The notes under the pieces were generated by a model. That model was not told the origin of the DNA. It saw only the letters and a program-made list of their open reading frames with translations, and ran no database searches. The position numbers were made by a program, and so were the translations under genes. 64,000 nt of DNA from Sulfitobacter sp. (lineage in GTDB: Bacteria > Pseudomonadota > Alphaproteobacteria > Rhodobacterales > Rhodobacteraceae), in assembly GCF_039977885.1 (NCBI RefSeq), contig NZ_JBDWCI010000001.1, positions 10,435 to 74,434 of the forward strand. Reading direction: 5' to 3'. Numbering within the stretch: position 1 is the first letter of the stretch; every line of letters starts with the position of its first letter. Positions 18,824-29,540 of this stretch are shown here, one piece after another.

Positions 18824-18955
18824 TGCTGGGGGTCCTCCGGATATCCAAGCTAATTCCACAGGGCGCGATGTGCAACGGGAAGTCTTGCTCTTTGTTCGGG
18901 GCGCTGGTGTAAAGGTGATACGCAGATCGACCTCGCGCACCCGACAGGAGAGACC

Positions 18956-19378
18956 ATGGCAGACAAGACCACGTTGGCGCGACAGTTCATCGAGGCACTG
19001 CCACATGCGGTGCTATTGGGCATGGAACCGCAGGATATGCGCGATGGCGTGGCGGTTATCGGGATGCCCTATAAGGACGAGCTGATCGGCGATCCGGTGA
19101 CAGGTGTGGTGCATGGCGGCGCGGTCTCGGCGTTGATGGATACCTGTTGCGGAGCCGCCGTGATGAGCCATCCCGAGATATCCGGCGGCACGGCGACAAT
19201 TGATTTACGTATTGATTATATGCGCGCGGCCACGCCCGGTCAGACGATTACGACGACTGCGACCTGTTACCATGTGACCCGCTCGGTCGCTTTTGTGCGG
19301 GCGGTCGCGGTGGATGAAGACGCAGATAACCCTGTGGCCACAGCCACCGGTGCATTCACAGTGGAGGGCCACAGATGA
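18956..19378 (+). CDS. PaaI-family (hotdog) thioesterase
   Basis: LIGDPVTGVVHGGAVSALMD and ATIDLRIDYMR motifs. Confidence 0.9.
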   Translation: MADKTTLARQFIEALPHAVLLGMEPQDMRDGVAVIGMPYKDELIGDPVTGVVHGGAVSALMDTCCGAAVMSHPEISGGTATIDLRIDYMRAATPGQTITTTATCYHVTRSVAFVRAVAVDEDADNPVATATGAFTVEGHR

Positions 19379-19887
19379 GCGCGCGCAAGCCTCCTGAGCC
19401 TGTACAGGTCATAAAACAACGCCGTGACGCCGCTTTGCGTGCCTTGGTAGATGCGGTGCCCTATATCCGCTTTCTGGGGGTCGTGTTCGAGCGCCGCGGG
19501 GACGAGCTGACGGCGATATTGCCTTACCGCGACGTGCTGATCGGCAATCCGTTGCTGCCCGCCCTGCACGGCGGGGCGACGGCTGCGTTTCTGGAGATCA
19601 CGGCCGTGATGACCCTGAACTGGAGCTACCTGTGGGAGGATCTGGAGGCCGGCAGGCTGGACCTTGAGGGGACGGCACCTCAGGATTTGCCGCGCCTGCC
19701 CAAGACGATTGATTTCACCGTGGATTACCTACGCACGGGTCTACCGCGCGACGCCTATGCCCGTGCGCGCATCACGCGGGCGGGGCGGCGTTATGCCAGC
19801 GTTCAGGTGGAGGGCTGGCAAGACAACCGCGACCGGCCTTACGCACAGGCAACAGGGCATTTCGTGATGCCTGCCTCTCGTGAATAA
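19375..19887 (+). CDS. PaaI-family (hotdog) thioesterase
   Basis: LIGNPLLPALHGGATAAFLE and TIDFTVDYLR motifs; ATGA overlap with the previous gene. Confidence 0.88.
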   Translation: MSARKPPEPVQVIKQRRDAALRALVDAVPYIRFLGVVFERRGDELTAILPYRDVLIGNPLLPALHGGATAAFLEITAVMTLNWSYLWEDLEAGRLDLEGTAPQDLPRLPKTIDFTVDYLRTGLPRDAYARARITRAGRRYASVQVEGWQDNRDRPYAQATGHFVMPASRE

Positions 19888-21211
19888 CGCTGCGTCAGAA
19901 AAGCTGACTCATGGTCGGGTGCTGCATATCGCGGTGCCGGTTGTGCTGTCGAATGCCACTGTGCCGATTCTGGGCATCGTCGATACGGCCGTCGTCGGGC
20001 AGATGGGGCTGGCTGCTCCGATTGGCGCTGTGGGCATTGGCGCGGTGATCCTGTCGGCGATTTATTGGATGTTCGGTTTTTTGCGCATGGGCACTGTCGG
20101 CTTGGTCGCACAGGCCGAAGGGCAGGGGGATACGGGCGAGGTCGCAGCGCTGTTGACGCGCGCCTTGCTGATAGGGGCCGGTGCGGGCGTTGCGATTATT
20201 GCGCTGCAAAGCCTGCTGTTTTGGGGGGCGTTTATTGTCTCGCCCGCAAGCGCCGAAGTCGAGGGGCTGGCGCGGTCCTATATGGCGTTGCGGGTCTGGT
20301 CCGCTCCGGCGGCGATTGCGCTTTATGGTATCACGGGCTGGTTGATTGCACAGGAGCGCACCCGCGCGGTTCTGGTGGTCCAGATTGGCATGAACGGGCT
20401 GAATATCGCGCTGGATGTCTGGTTTGTGATGGGTCTTGGCTGGGGCGTGCAGGGGGTGGCAGCAGCCACTGCGATTGCAGAATGGAGCGGTCTGGCGCTG
20501 GGCCTGTGGTTTTGTCGCGCAGCCTTTGCGGGCACAGCATGGCGGGTGTGGTCGGTTGTCTTTGATCCTGCGCGCTGGCGCAGGATGATGGGGGTGAATA
20601 CTGATATTCTCATCCGCTCACTGCTGTTGGAGGGGATCTTTGTCAGCTTTATGTTTTTGGGCGCAGGGCAAGGCGATGTGGTGTTGGCGGCCAATCAGGT
20701 GCTGCTGCAGTTCTTTATGATTGCGACCTATACGCTGGACGGGTTTGCCTTTTCAGCTGAGGCGCTGGTGGGCAAGGCTTATGGCGCGCGCGACCCTGCG
20801 CGCCTGCGCCGCGCGGCTGTGCTGGCCAGCGGCTGGGGCTTGGCCATGGCCTGTGGCATGGCGGCGGTGTTTGTTCTGTTTGGTACAGAGATCCTTGACG
20901 CAATGACCACGGCACCGGATGTGCGGGCGCAGGCGCGGGTCTATCTGGCCTATGTGGTGCTGCTGCCGGTGCTGGGCTGTGCGGCTTTCATGCTCGACGG
21001 GATATTTGTCGGTGCCACGCGCAGCCGTGACATGCGCAACATGATGGCGGTGTCCTTTGCGATCTATCTGGCCTTTGTCGCTGTGTTGGTGCCTTTGTTG
21101 GGCAATCACGGGCTGTGGATTGCGATGCTGGTCTCATTTATCGCCCGCGCAATTACGCTGGGCCTGCGCTACCCCGCGTTAGAGCGTGGGGCAGCTAGAG
21201 CAGCGCTTTGA
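19880..21211 (+). CDS. MATE-family efflux transporter (DinF-like)
   Basis: GIVDTAVVGQ, FGFLRMGT, D-I-LIRS and LDGFAFSAE motifs; about 12 TM segments. Confidence 0.9.
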   Translation: MNNAASEKLTHGRVLHIAVPVVLSNATVPILGIVDTAVVGQMGLAAPIGAVGIGAVILSAIYWMFGFLRMGTVGLVAQAEGQGDTGEVAALLTRALLIGAGAGVAIIALQSLLFWGAFIVSPASAEVEGLARSYMALRVWSAPAAIALYGITGWLIAQERTRAVLVVQIGMNGLNIALDVWFVMGLGWGVQGVAAATAIAEWSGLALGLWFCRAAFAGTAWRVWSVVFDPARWRRMMGVNTDILIRSLLLEGIFVSFMFLGAGQGDVVLAANQVLLQFFMIATYTLDGFAFSAEALVGKAYGARDPARLRRAAVLASGWGLAMACGMAAVFVLFGTEILDAMTTAPDVRAQARVYLAYVVLLPVLGCAAFMLDGIFVGATRSRDMRNMMAVSFAIYLAFVAVLVPLLGNHGLWIAMLVSFIARAITLGLRYPALERGAARAAL

Positions 21212-21542
21212 CGGCTTCGGGCGGGCGGCCAATGATGGCGCGGTCGTCCTTGAAGGCGATGGGGCGTTCGATCAGGATCGGGTTGGCAGCCGCAGCGGCC
21301 AGCAGGGTGCTTGCATCGTCGCCGCGGGTCAGGCCCAGCTCTTTGAAGCGTTTCTCGGATGGGCGCAGCATTTCGATTGCAGGCAGGTCCAAGGCACGCT
21401 GGGCCTGCTCCAACTCTGCCAACGTCGGCGCGTCCTCAAGGTACTTGCGCAGGGTGACGGGGGTGCCTGCCTCCTCGATCAGGGCCAGCGTTTGGCGTGA
21501 CTTGGAGCAGCGCGGATTATGCCACAGGGTGATCACAGCCAT
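21195..21542 (-). CDS. arsC: ArsC/Spx-family (glutaredoxin-type arsenate reductase-like) protein
   Basis: HNPRCSKSR and NPILIERPI motifs. Confidence 0.85.
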   Translation of the reverse strand: MAVITLWHNPRCSKSRQTLALIEEAGTPVTLRKYLEDAPTLAELEQAQRALDLPAIEMLRPSEKRFKELGLTRGDDASTLLAAAAANPILIERPIAFKDDRAIIGRPPEAVKALL

Positions 21543-22576
21543 TCCTCGCGCTTGCTGCCAATAGCCTCGGAGACATTCGCAAACCCGTCGCGGGCCAGCA
21601 AAGCATCAATGCCGCGCGCAATCTCGGCAACCATCGACAGGCCGCCATAGACCAGCGCGGTATACAGCTGCACAGCGCAGGCCCCCGCGCAGATTTTGGC
21701 ATAGGCGTGATCGGCGGTGCTGATCCCGCCAACGCCGATGATCGGCACCTGTGTGAGGGTCGATAGACGGGCCAGCACACGCGTGGACTTCTCGAACAAG
21801 GGAGCCCCCGACAGGCCGCCCGCCTCGCCTTTATGCGCTGACTTTAGCCCTTCGCGGGACAGGGTCGTATTGGTGGCAATGATGGCGGAGACTCCGGCTT
21901 CGGTTGCCACTTGGGCCACGTCGGAGATTTCTTCTTCGGTGAGGTCCGGCGCGATTTTCAGCATCACGGGGGTGGTGCCGCGCACGGCCATCACCCCTTC
22001 GAGCAATCCGGCAAGCGCTGCCTTGCCCTGTAGATCGCGCAGGCGTTCGGTATTGGGCGAGGAGACATTGACCGTGGCGAAATCCACGTGATCGCGCGCG
22101 GCTTCCATCACGCGGGCAAAATCGGCGGCGCGGTCTGTGCTGGTTTTATTCGCCCCAAGGTTAAGGCCAACGGGGATGGTGCGTTTGGCTGCGGCGAGGC
22201 GGGCGCAGATTGCGTCCATGCCTTCGTTGTTGAACCCGAAACGGTTGATTGCAGCACGGTCCTCGGTCAGGCGGAACAGGCGCGGTTTTTCATTGCCCGG
22301 TTGGGGCAGCGGCGTGGCAGCACCTACCTCAATAAACCCGAAACCCGCCGCGCTGAGCGGGGCGATCGCGGTGGCGTTCTTGTCAAAACCTGCGGCCAGT
22401 CCGACAGGGTTGGCCAGCGTCATGCCCGCCAGCGTCGTGGCAAGGCGTGCAGAGCTCACAGGACCGGGGCACGGTGTCAGCCCAGCACGCAGCGCGCGGA
22501 TGGCCAACCCGTGGGCCGCTTCGGGATCTATGCGGTGCAGAGCCTTTAGGCCGATTGCTTCGATCAGGCTGTTCAC
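21533..22576 (-). CDS. pyrD: Quinone-dependent dihydroorotate dehydrogenase
   Basis: [31 protein letters not shown] and GGLSG motifs. Confidence 0.96.
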   Translation of the reverse strand: MNSLIEAIGLKALHRIDPEAAHGLAIRALRAGLTPCPGPVSSARLATTLAGMTLANPVGLAAGFDKNATAIAPLSAAGFGFIEVGAATPLPQPGNEKPRLFRLTEDRAAINRFGFNNEGMDAICARLAAAKRTIPVGLNLGANKTSTDRAADFARVMEAARDHVDFATVNVSSPNTERLRDLQGKAALAGLLEGVMAVRGTTPVMLKIAPDLTEEEISDVAQVATEAGVSAIIATNTTLSREGLKSAHKGEAGGLSGAPLFEKSTRVLARLSTLTQVPIIGVGGISTADHAYAKICAGACAVQLYTALVYGGLSMVAEIARGIDALLARDGFANVSEAIGSKREEWL

Positions 22577-22923
22577 TGCGCGGCCTCTTGTAGCCCCGCG
22601 GGGAATTGGTGAACCCCGTCAACCAGCGGCAGCGGCTGTGCCCAGACGACATCCTTGAGCGTGAGGGGCCGGTAGAGATGCGGGAAAAGCGCATCCCCGC
22701 GCGAGACTTCCCATTCGAGGGCTTCGCCCAAGGCGTCAGTCTCGGCTGCGATGAGAAACAGGCCTTCGGCACCGGCGAAATGCTTGGCGGCGGTTTCGGC
22801 GGCCTGTGTGGCGGTGGAGAAATGGATATAGCCATCAGCTATATCAATCGGAGCACCTGTGGTTTCACCCTGCGTGCGCAGGGTTTGCCATTCGTCAGTG
22901 CGGAAAATTTTGAATATCAGCAT
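22573..22923 (-). CDS. DUF952-family protein
   Basis: [11 protein letters not shown] and LFPHLY motifs; typical position upstream of pyrD. Confidence 0.85.
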   Translation of the reverse strand: MLIFKIFRTDEWQTLRTQGETTGAPIDIADGYIHFSTATQAAETAAKHFAGAEGLFLIAAETDALGEALEWEVSRGDALFPHLYRPLTLKDVVWAQPLPLVDGVHQFPAGLQEAAQ

Positions 22924-23113
22924 GGGGTTTGTGATGCCTTTGTGCGGCGCAGGGGTCAAGGGGCGTTGGGGCACCAGAGGGGTAACGCCCGTTTTGGTGG
23001 CGGCCCGGTCTGAGGTGACGTAGGGAGATCCCGCGCTGCGTGCATATGGCTTTGACAGCCGCCGCGCTGCTTGCCACGATACGATCAATTCTAATCAAAT
23101 CTGGGGGACCTCC

Positions 23114-24670
23114 ATGAAACGATTCCTTTTGAGCGCCGCTGCGATCGGTCTGACCGCTGGCATGGCCAGCGCGGATTATTCGCTGACTGTTTTGCACACC
23201 AATGACTTTCATGCGCGGTTCGAACCGATCAGCAAATATGATGGCCCCTGCGCTGCCGAGGATAACACTGCCGGTGAATGTTTTGGTGGTACTGCGCGTC
23301 TGGTCAACGCAATCGCCGAGGCACGAGGCCGTAGCAACAATGCCATTCTGGTGGATGGCGGAGACCAGTTTCAGGGCACGCTGTTCTACACGCACTACAA
23401 AGGTAAAATGGCGGCCGAGTTTATGAATAAGCTGGGCTATGACGCGATGACCGTGGGCAACCACGAATTCGATGATGGCCCCGAAGTGCTTTCGGGTTTT
23501 ATGGCGGCGGTTGATTTCCCTGTCCTGATGTCCAATGCCGACGTGAGCGCCGAGCCGTTACTGGCAGACAGCCTTGCGAAATCCACTGTCATTGAGCGCG
23601 GCGGCGAAAAGATCGGCCTCATCGGCTTGACCCCCGAGGATACAGACGAGCTGGCAGCACCCGGGGACAACATCACTTTCAGCGATCCGGTTGCGGCGGT
23701 ACAGGAAGAAGTGGACAAGCTGACGGCTCAGGGCGTGAACAAGATTATCGTGCTCAGCCATTCCAGCTATGGGGTAGATCAGCAGGTCGCTGCAGGGACC
23801 ACGGGTGTCGATATCATCGTGGGCGGGCACTCTAACACATTGCTGAGCAATACCGACGACAAAGCCGAAGGGCCGTATCCGACCATGATCGGCGATACTG
23901 CGATTGTGCAGGCCTACGCCTATGGCAAATATCTCGGTGAGTTGAATGTGACCTTTGATGACGCTGGCAATATTACCGAAGCTGCTGGTAACCCGATCCT
24001 GATTGATGCCTCTGTCTCTGAGGACGCGGCAACCGTTGCGCGTATTACCGAACTGGCCGCTCCTCTCGAAGAGATCCGCAATCAGGTCGTCGCGCAAACA
24101 GATGAGCCGATTGGCGGGGACCGTGAAGTGTGCCGTGCGCAGGAATGCACCATGGGCAACCTGATTGCCGATGCGATGCTGGCCCGTGTGGCCGATCAGG
24201 GTATTCAGGTTGCAATCCAGAATGGCGGCGGTATCCGCGCCAGCATTGATGCCGGTGAAGTTACGATGGGTGATGTTCTGACGGTGCTGCCTTTCCAGAA
24301 CACGCTGTCGACCTTTCAGGTGAGTGGTAAAGTGCTGGTTGAAGCGCTTGAAAACGGCGTAAGCCAGATCGAGGAAGGTGCAGGCCGCTTCCCGCAGGTT
24401 GCCGGTATCAGCTTTGCCTTTGACGCAGCTGCCGAACCGTTTGCACGGATTTCCGACGTCAAGATCGCCGGTGCGCCCATTGAAATGGATAAGGTCTACG
24501 GTGTTGTTTCGAATAACTACGTGCGCAATGGCGGTGACGGCTATGCGATGTTCAAGACAGCCGAAAACGCCTATGATTTCGGGCCGGACCTGTCGGATGT
24601 AACGGCCGAGTTTCTGGCGGCTAACGCGCCTTACACGCCTTATACAGACGGCCGTATCACCGTGAAATAA
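23114..24670 (+). CDS. Periplasmic 5'-nucleotidase / UDP-sugar hydrolase (UshA-like)
   Basis: Signal peptide; LHTNDFH, DGGDQFQG, GNHEFD, GGHS and NGGGIR motifs. Confidence 0.92.
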   Translation: MKRFLLSAAAIGLTAGMASADYSLTVLHTNDFHARFEPISKYDGPCAAEDNTAGECFGGTARLVNAIAEARGRSNNAILVDGGDQFQGTLFYTHYKGKMAAEFMNKLGYDAMTVGNHEFDDGPEVLSGFMAAVDFPVLMSNADVSAEPLLADSLAKSTVIERGGEKIGLIGLTPEDTDELAAPGDNITFSDPVAAVQEEVDKLTAQGVNKIIVLSHSSYGVDQQVAAGTTGVDIIVGGHSNTLLSNTDDKAEGPYPTMIGDTAIVQAYAYGKYLGELNVTFDDAGNITEAAGNPILIDASVSEDAATVARITELAAPLEEIRNQVVAQTDEPIGGDREVCRAQECTMGNLIADAMLARVADQGIQVAIQNGGGIRASIDAGEVTMGDVLTVLPFQNTLSTFQVSGKVLVEALENGVSQIEEGAGRFPQVAGISFAFDAAAEPFARISDVKIAGAPIEMDKVYGVVSNNYVRNGGDGYAMFKTAENAYDFGPDLSDVTAEFLAANAPYTPYTDGRITVK

Positions 24671-24689
24671 ACCGGTTAGCGGTTGACCC

Positions 24690-24724
24690 AAAGGCGTACC
24701 TCTTGCGGGGTGCGCCTTTTTTAT
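24690..24724 (+). terminator. Intrinsic terminator
   Basis: AAAGGCGTACC...GGTGCGCCTTT followed by a T run. Confidence 0.75.
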
Positions 24725-24813
24725 TTGCCTAAGCAGGCTGGGCGTTTTTGCGGCGCATTCACGTTTTATGCGTTTTGCCCTAGGCTGGGGTGATCTGAAA
24801 AGGAGACAGGGCA

Positions 24814-25482
24814 ATGTGTGGACGTATGGCGCTGACCCTTCCGCCAGCGGCAATGGCGCAGGTGTTTGACGCCGAGCCCGCGAATACCCTGGCGGAGGGG
24901 CTGGATTACAACATATGCCCCACCAACGACGTAGTGGTGATCACGGGTGGGGCAGACCGTCCACGCCGGATGGAAGCGATGCGCTGGGGCTTGATCCCGC
25001 CATGGTACAAAAAACCGAACGGCGGCCCGCTATTGATCAATGCGCGTGCCGAGACGGTTCTGGAAAAACCCGCTTTTCGCAGCGCGGTCCATGATCGGCG
25101 CGTGCTGGTGGTGGCGAATGGTTTTTATGAATGGACCAAAGACACCGAGGGTGGTCGTGATCCGTGGTACATCACGCGGCGGGATGGCGCACCCTTGGCC
25201 TTTGCGGGGCTATGGCAGGGGTGGCGTGATCCTGAAAGTGGCGAAGACCTACGCACGGTGGCAGCCTTAACCATCGCAGCAAACGCACCGATGCAGGCGA
25301 TCCATCACCGGATGCCAGTCCTTATTGAGGCGGCTGATTATGGCTTGTGGCTGGGGGAGAACGGTAAAGGTGCTGCAACGTTGATGCGCGCGGCCGAGGA
25401 CGACGTTCTGCAATGGCATCGCGTAGGCCGCGCGGTCAATTCCAATCGCGCGGCCGGTCCGGAGTTGATCGAGCCGTTCTAG
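24814..25482 (+). CDS. SOS response-associated peptidase (SRAP/YedK/HMCES family)
   Basis: N-terminal MCGR (Cys2), LINARAET, GFYEW and IHHRMPV motifs. Confidence 0.92.
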   Translation: MCGRMALTLPPAAMAQVFDAEPANTLAEGLDYNICPTNDVVVITGGADRPRRMEAMRWGLIPPWYKKPNGGPLLINARAETVLEKPAFRSAVHDRRVLVVANGFYEWTKDTEGGRDPWYITRRDGAPLAFAGLWQGWRDPESGEDLRTVAALTIAANAPMQAIHHRMPVLIEAADYGLWLGENGKGAATLMRAAEDDVLQWHRVGRAVNSNRAAGPELIEPF

Positions 25483-25880
25483 TCGAGAATCGGGTTGGCC
25501 AAACCGCTAAAGTTCAGCTTGCCGATGACGATTTCATCTTCGTCGCTCACTTCGGTCCCTGCCTCGGAGCTTTCGCTAGAGGCTGCGACGGCAACGGTGG
25601 TGTATTCGTTCTTCATGTCGGATGTGATCGGAAGAGTGGCCTCAGCCCCGTCTTCAAGATCTTCGATGATCCATTCCCCGTCCGATCCTTCGATGGTGCG
25701 TGTCATGCCGGATGTGTTCACGAATGTGACGGTGTCGCCCGGTGAGACATAGCTGATCTCAGGGAAAAATGCGTAGTCCAGCATGAGGACACGGTAGTTT
25801 TCGGCCGAAGCCGAGCCTACGGCACAGGTCATCGCCACTGCGATTGCGCCGGTGCGCAGAATGAATTTGCCAAGCATCAC
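25479..25880 (-). CDS. Secreted cupredoxin-like protein
   Basis: Signal peptide ending ASA-E; AFFPEISYVSPGDTVTFVN matches the plastocyanin/pseudoazurin N-terminal strands. Confidence 0.65.
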   Translation of the reverse strand: MMLGKFILRTGAIAVAMTCAVGSASAENYRVLMLDYAFFPEISYVSPGDTVTFVNTSGMTRTIEGSDGEWIIEDLEDGAEATLPITSDMKNEYTTVAVAASSESSEAGTEVSDEDEIVIGKLNFSGLANPILD

Positions 25881-25967
25881 AATGCTCCTAGGTTTCGGCC
25901 CCCACCGTTACCAGATTTCGGCTATAGGCGCTAAATGTGGCGGAAGTTGGGCGAGGTCGTCATTTTA

Positions 25968-26876
25968 TTAACCAGAAGTGGCACCGCTTTGATCTTGGGT
26001 CTGGGCGCGCAGCCAGTTGCAAAAAGCCTCTAGCGGGGCAGGTGTGGGACGGTCGTCTGGCCAGACAAGATAGTAACGCCCGATGCTTTGCGCAGTTTGG
26101 GGCGCGGCGCGGCAAAGCTGTCCGCTGTCGAGGTAGGGCTGTGCGACAAAACCGGGCAAGAGCGCTATGCCAAGCCCGTGCAGGGCAGCTTGGGCCATGG
26201 TGGTGAATTGATCGAACATCATGCCATGGGGCGGGGTGCAGGGGTGGCCTGCGGCGTCAGACCAACGCGCCCATGCGCGGGGGCGGGTTTCTAGATGTAA
26301 TAGGGGCTGGGCCAGCAGATCGGCGGGGTTCTTGAACGGAGAGCCCTCTAGCGCGGGGGCGCAGACGGGGATCACGACTTCGGGCATCAGCTCGAGATAG
26401 TGAACACCCGGCCAATCCGGATGCCCAAAGTGGATCGCGGCGTCAAAGGCGCTGGACCCCAGCGCGAATGGCTGCAATCGGGTGGAAAGGTTCACAGTGA
26501 CCTGATCATGCTTGGCCGAAAAATCCGACAGGCGCGGTGCCAGCCAATGCATCCCGAAGGCGGGCAACACCGCCAGCGTGAGCGTGCCTGACTGCCGTTT
26601 GGTTGATGCGTTGACCGATGCCTGTACCAGTTGGCTCAGCACTTCGCGCACTTCATGGGCATATTCTGACCCTGCTTGCGTGACGACCAGGCTGCGTCCC
26701 TTGCGGGTCATCAAGGTCACCCCCAACTGCGCTTCAAGTGTCTTGATCTGCCTGCTGATGGCCGATTGGGTGAGCGATAGCTCGGTTGCGGCCTGTGTTG
26801 CACTGCCAAGCCGCGCACAGGCCTCAAATGCGAGCAGCGCAGAAACCGAGGGCAGGTAGCGGCGTTGGGCGAACAT
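25968..26876 (-). CDS. LysR-family regulator (GcvA/GcdR type), divergent from gcdH
   Basis: ALLAFEACARLGSATQAATELSLTQSAISRQIKTLE HTH; FDAAIHFG. Confidence 0.9.
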   Translation of the reverse strand: MFAQRRYLPSVSALLAFEACARLGSATQAATELSLTQSAISRQIKTLEAQLGVTLMTRKGRSLVVTQAGSEYAHEVREVLSQLVQASVNASTKRQSGTLTLAVLPAFGMHWLAPRLSDFSAKHDQVTVNLSTRLQPFALGSSAFDAAIHFGHPDWPGVHYLELMPEVVIPVCAPALEGSPFKNPADLLAQPLLHLETRPRAWARWSDAAGHPCTPPHGMMFDQFTTMAQAALHGLGIALLPGFVAQPYLDSGQLCRAAPQTAQSIGRYYLVWPDDRPTPAPLEAFCNWLRAQTQDQSGATSG

Positions 26877-26878
26877 AT

Positions 26879-26893
26879 ATGATAAAAACTCAT
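26879..26893. promoter_or_regulatory. LysR recognition box ATGA-N7-TCAT (contains T-N11-A)
   Basis: ATGATAAAAACTCAT immediately upstream of the LysR start in the divergent promoter. Confidence 0.65.
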
Positions 26894-26983
26894 GGTTTAA
26901 GGAATAAGCATCGTTAGAACTTTGGCGTCTGCTATGCAATACAGGCGAAAACCTCATGTGTATATGCTGCGAAAGGTCCTGTT

Positions 26984-28207
26984 ATGACTGCTGAAACGCC
27001 GATCCTGAAAGCCAAGGATAAACCTGATCTGGGTGGTTTTGAATGGTCTGACCCGCTGCGTTTGAATGACCAGCTGGGCGAAGACGAGCGGATGATCATG
27101 CAAAGTGCGCGCGCCTATGCGCAAGAAAAGCTGCAACCGCGTGTGATTGATGCCTTTGCCAATGAGGAAACCGACGCGGGCATTTTCCGCGAGATGGGCG
27201 ATATGGGGCTGTTGGGCGTTACGGTGCCTGAAGAATACGGCGGTCTGGGGGGCTCTTATGTTTCATACGGTCTGGTCGCGCGCGAGGTTGAGCGGGTGGA
27301 CAGCGGCTATCGCTCGATGATGTCGGTGCAGTCGTCTTTGGTGATGTATCCGATCTATGCCTACGGCTCTGAGGAACAGCGCAAGAAATACCTGCCCAAG
27401 CTCGCCTCGGGAGAATTCATCGGCTGCTTTGGGCTGACAGAGCCGGATGCGGGATCGGACCCTGCGGGCATGAAAACCCGCGCGGTGAAAACGGCCAACG
27501 GCTACAAGCTGACCGGTTCGAAAATGTGGATCTCTAACGCGCCGATTGCGGATGTTTTTGTGGTCTGGGCCAAGTCCGAAGAGCATGGCGGCAAGGTCCG
27601 CGGTTTTATCCTTGAGAAGGGGATGAAGGGTCTCAGTGCGCCCAAGATCGGCAATAAGCTGTCGCTGCGCGCCTCGATCACCGGTGAAATTGTGATGGAT
27701 AATGTCGAGGTAGGCGAGGAGGCGCTGCTGCCGCATGTGCAGGGGCTCAAAGGGCCGTTCGGCTGTTTGAACCGCGCACGCTATGGCATCGCATGGGGCG
27801 TGACGGGCGCAGCCGAATTTTGTCTTCACGCGTCACGGCAATACGGGCTGGACCGCCACCAGTTCAACAGGCCGCTGGCACAGACACAATTGTTCCAGAA
27901 AAAGCTGGCGGATATGATGACCGAGATCGCGCTGGGCCTGCAGGCCAGCCTACAAGTGGGGCGTTTGATGGATGCGGCTAATGCGGCACCCGAGATGATC
28001 AGCATTGTCAAACGCAACAATTGTGGCAAAGCGCTGGAGATCGCGCGCCATGCGCGTGACATGCATGGTGGCAACGGGATTTCAGGTGAGTTTCAGGTGA
28101 TGCGCCACATGGTGAACCTTGAAACGGTCAACACCTATGAAGGCACCCATGATGTGCATGCGCTGATCCTTGGCCGCGCGATCACCGGGCTTCAGGCATT
28201 TTATTGA
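26984..28207 (+). CDS. gcdH: Glutaryl-CoA dehydrogenase
   Basis: [42 protein letters not shown] and NTYEGTHD motifs. Confidence 0.92.
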   Translation: MTAETPILKAKDKPDLGGFEWSDPLRLNDQLGEDERMIMQSARAYAQEKLQPRVIDAFANEETDAGIFREMGDMGLLGVTVPEEYGGLGGSYVSYGLVAREVERVDSGYRSMMSVQSSLVMYPIYAYGSEEQRKKYLPKLASGEFIGCFGLTEPDAGSDPAGMKTRAVKTANGYKLTGSKMWISNAPIADVFVVWAKSEEHGGKVRGFILEKGMKGLSAPKIGNKLSLRASITGEIVMDNVEVGEEALLPHVQGLKGPFGCLNRARYGIAWGVTGAAEFCLHASRQYGLDRHQFNRPLAQTQLFQKKLADMMTEIALGLQASLQVGRLMDAANAAPEMISIVKRNNCGKALEIARHARDMHGGNGISGEFQVMRHMVNLETVNTYEGTHDVHALILGRAITGLQAFY

Positions 28208-28213
28208 AGGTAT

Positions 28214-28247
28214 GACACCGCCCGTCATGGGGCGGGCGGTGTCTTTT
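28214..28247. terminator. Terminator between convergent gcdH and alkene reductase genes
   Basis: GACACCGCCCG/CGGGCGGTGTC 11-bp stem plus TTTT. Confidence 0.75.
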
Positions 28248-28249
28248 GT

Positions 28250-29338
28250 TTAGGCTGGCTCGGCTTCGAGAAACGGGTAATCGGTATATCCTTCCGCGCC
28301 GCCGCCATAGAAGCTTTCCTGATCCGCTGCGTTCAAGGAAGCGCCTCTGCGGAAACGCTCGGGGAGGTCTGGGTTCGCGATAAAGGGGCGGCCGTAAGCC
28401 ACCGCATGGGCATGCCCTTTTTCGATCGCCTCGGCGCCGCTTGCCGCGTCATAGCCGCCGTTGGCCATGTAAAAACCGGTATAATGCGGCCGCAACGCTT
28501 TGATCAGCTCGGCGCCCGAACTTTCGCCGGGAAATTTTTCCATGACATGCAAATAGGACAGATTGCGGGCATCGAGCATTTTGTAAATCGCGGCAAAATG
28601 CGTTTCGGGGTCGCTGTCTGACATGCCATGAACGCCGCCATTGGGCGCAAGGCGGACGCCGATGGCACCCGGTTCAAAAGTTTCAGCCACTGCATCAAGG
28701 ACTTCTTCGAGCAGGCGCATGCGGTTTTCGATGCTGCCGCCGTAGTTGTCTGTGCGTGTGTTGACACCGTCTTGGAGGAACTGGTCCAGCAGGTAGCCAT
28801 TGGCGGCATGTACCTCGGCCCCGTCAAAGCCTGCCGCCCGTGCAAGATTTGCCGCCTGCCGGTAGTCGGCTACGGTTTGCGTGATCCCCTGTGCATCCAG
28901 GGCAGTCGGTTTTGAGGTCGGCTCAAACCCGTTTTTGGTAAAAGTTTGCGCATCGGCGGCCTCGTCGGTCGAGGAAACCGGCTGTGCGCCATCGGGCAGA
29001 ACCGACGTGTGGCTGATCCGGCCGACATGCCAGAGCTGGCAAAAGATGCGCCCGCCTGCGGCATGTACGGCATCCGTAATCTTGCGCCATCCTGCAACGT
29101 GGTCATCAGTGTAAATGCCGGGGGTCTGGATGTAACCTTTGCCCATTGCGGAGATCTGCGTGGCCTCCGAAATGATGAGCCCCGCGCTGGCGCGTTGGGT
29201 GTAATAGGTCGTTGCCAGATCGGCAGGCACACCGTCGTCGTTTGCGCGGTTGCGGGTCAGTGGTGCCATCAGGACGCGGTTGGGCAGATGAATTGTCCCC
29301 ATTTCAATAGGAGAGAAAAGCGCAGCATGTTGTGTCAT
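28250..29338 (-). CDS. Old-yellow-enzyme alkene reductase (NemA-like)
   Basis: NRVLMAPLTR, QLWHVGR, EVHAANGYL, RTDNYGGSIENR and FIANPDL motifs. Confidence 0.92.
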   Translation of the reverse strand: MTQHAALFSPIEMGTIHLPNRVLMAPLTRNRANDDGVPADLATTYYTQRASAGLIISEATQISAMGKGYIQTPGIYTDDHVAGWRKITDAVHAAGGRIFCQLWHVGRISHTSVLPDGAQPVSSTDEAADAQTFTKNGFEPTSKPTALDAQGITQTVADYRQAANLARAAGFDGAEVHAANGYLLDQFLQDGVNTRTDNYGGSIENRMRLLEEVLDAVAETFEPGAIGVRLAPNGGVHGMSDSDPETHFAAIYKMLDARNLSYLHVMEKFPGESSGAELIKALRPHYTGFYMANGGYDAASGAEAIEKGHAHAVAYGRPFIANPDLPERFRRGASLNAADQESFYGGGAEGYTDYPFLEAEPA

Positions 29339-29540
29339 TTGAAAAGCCTTTTGGAACGAGTTCATTGCTTGGTTGCAAGACTAACGGCTTTCGACGGTAG
29401 GATGTTCCGTGTCGGGATCAGAGAAATTGCGAGCCCGCGGTCATGAGCAGGGGGTAGGCCGCATTTATGGGAAAGGACAGGCGTCCGTTTCAGCCTACGC
29501 CAGACAGGCGTAGACAAAGGAGGCTGCTCTGCAGGTTTTG

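Noticed and set aside
24671-24813. LexA box upstream of SRAP
   Set aside because: No GTTC-N7-GTTC or GAAC-N7-GAAC was seen.
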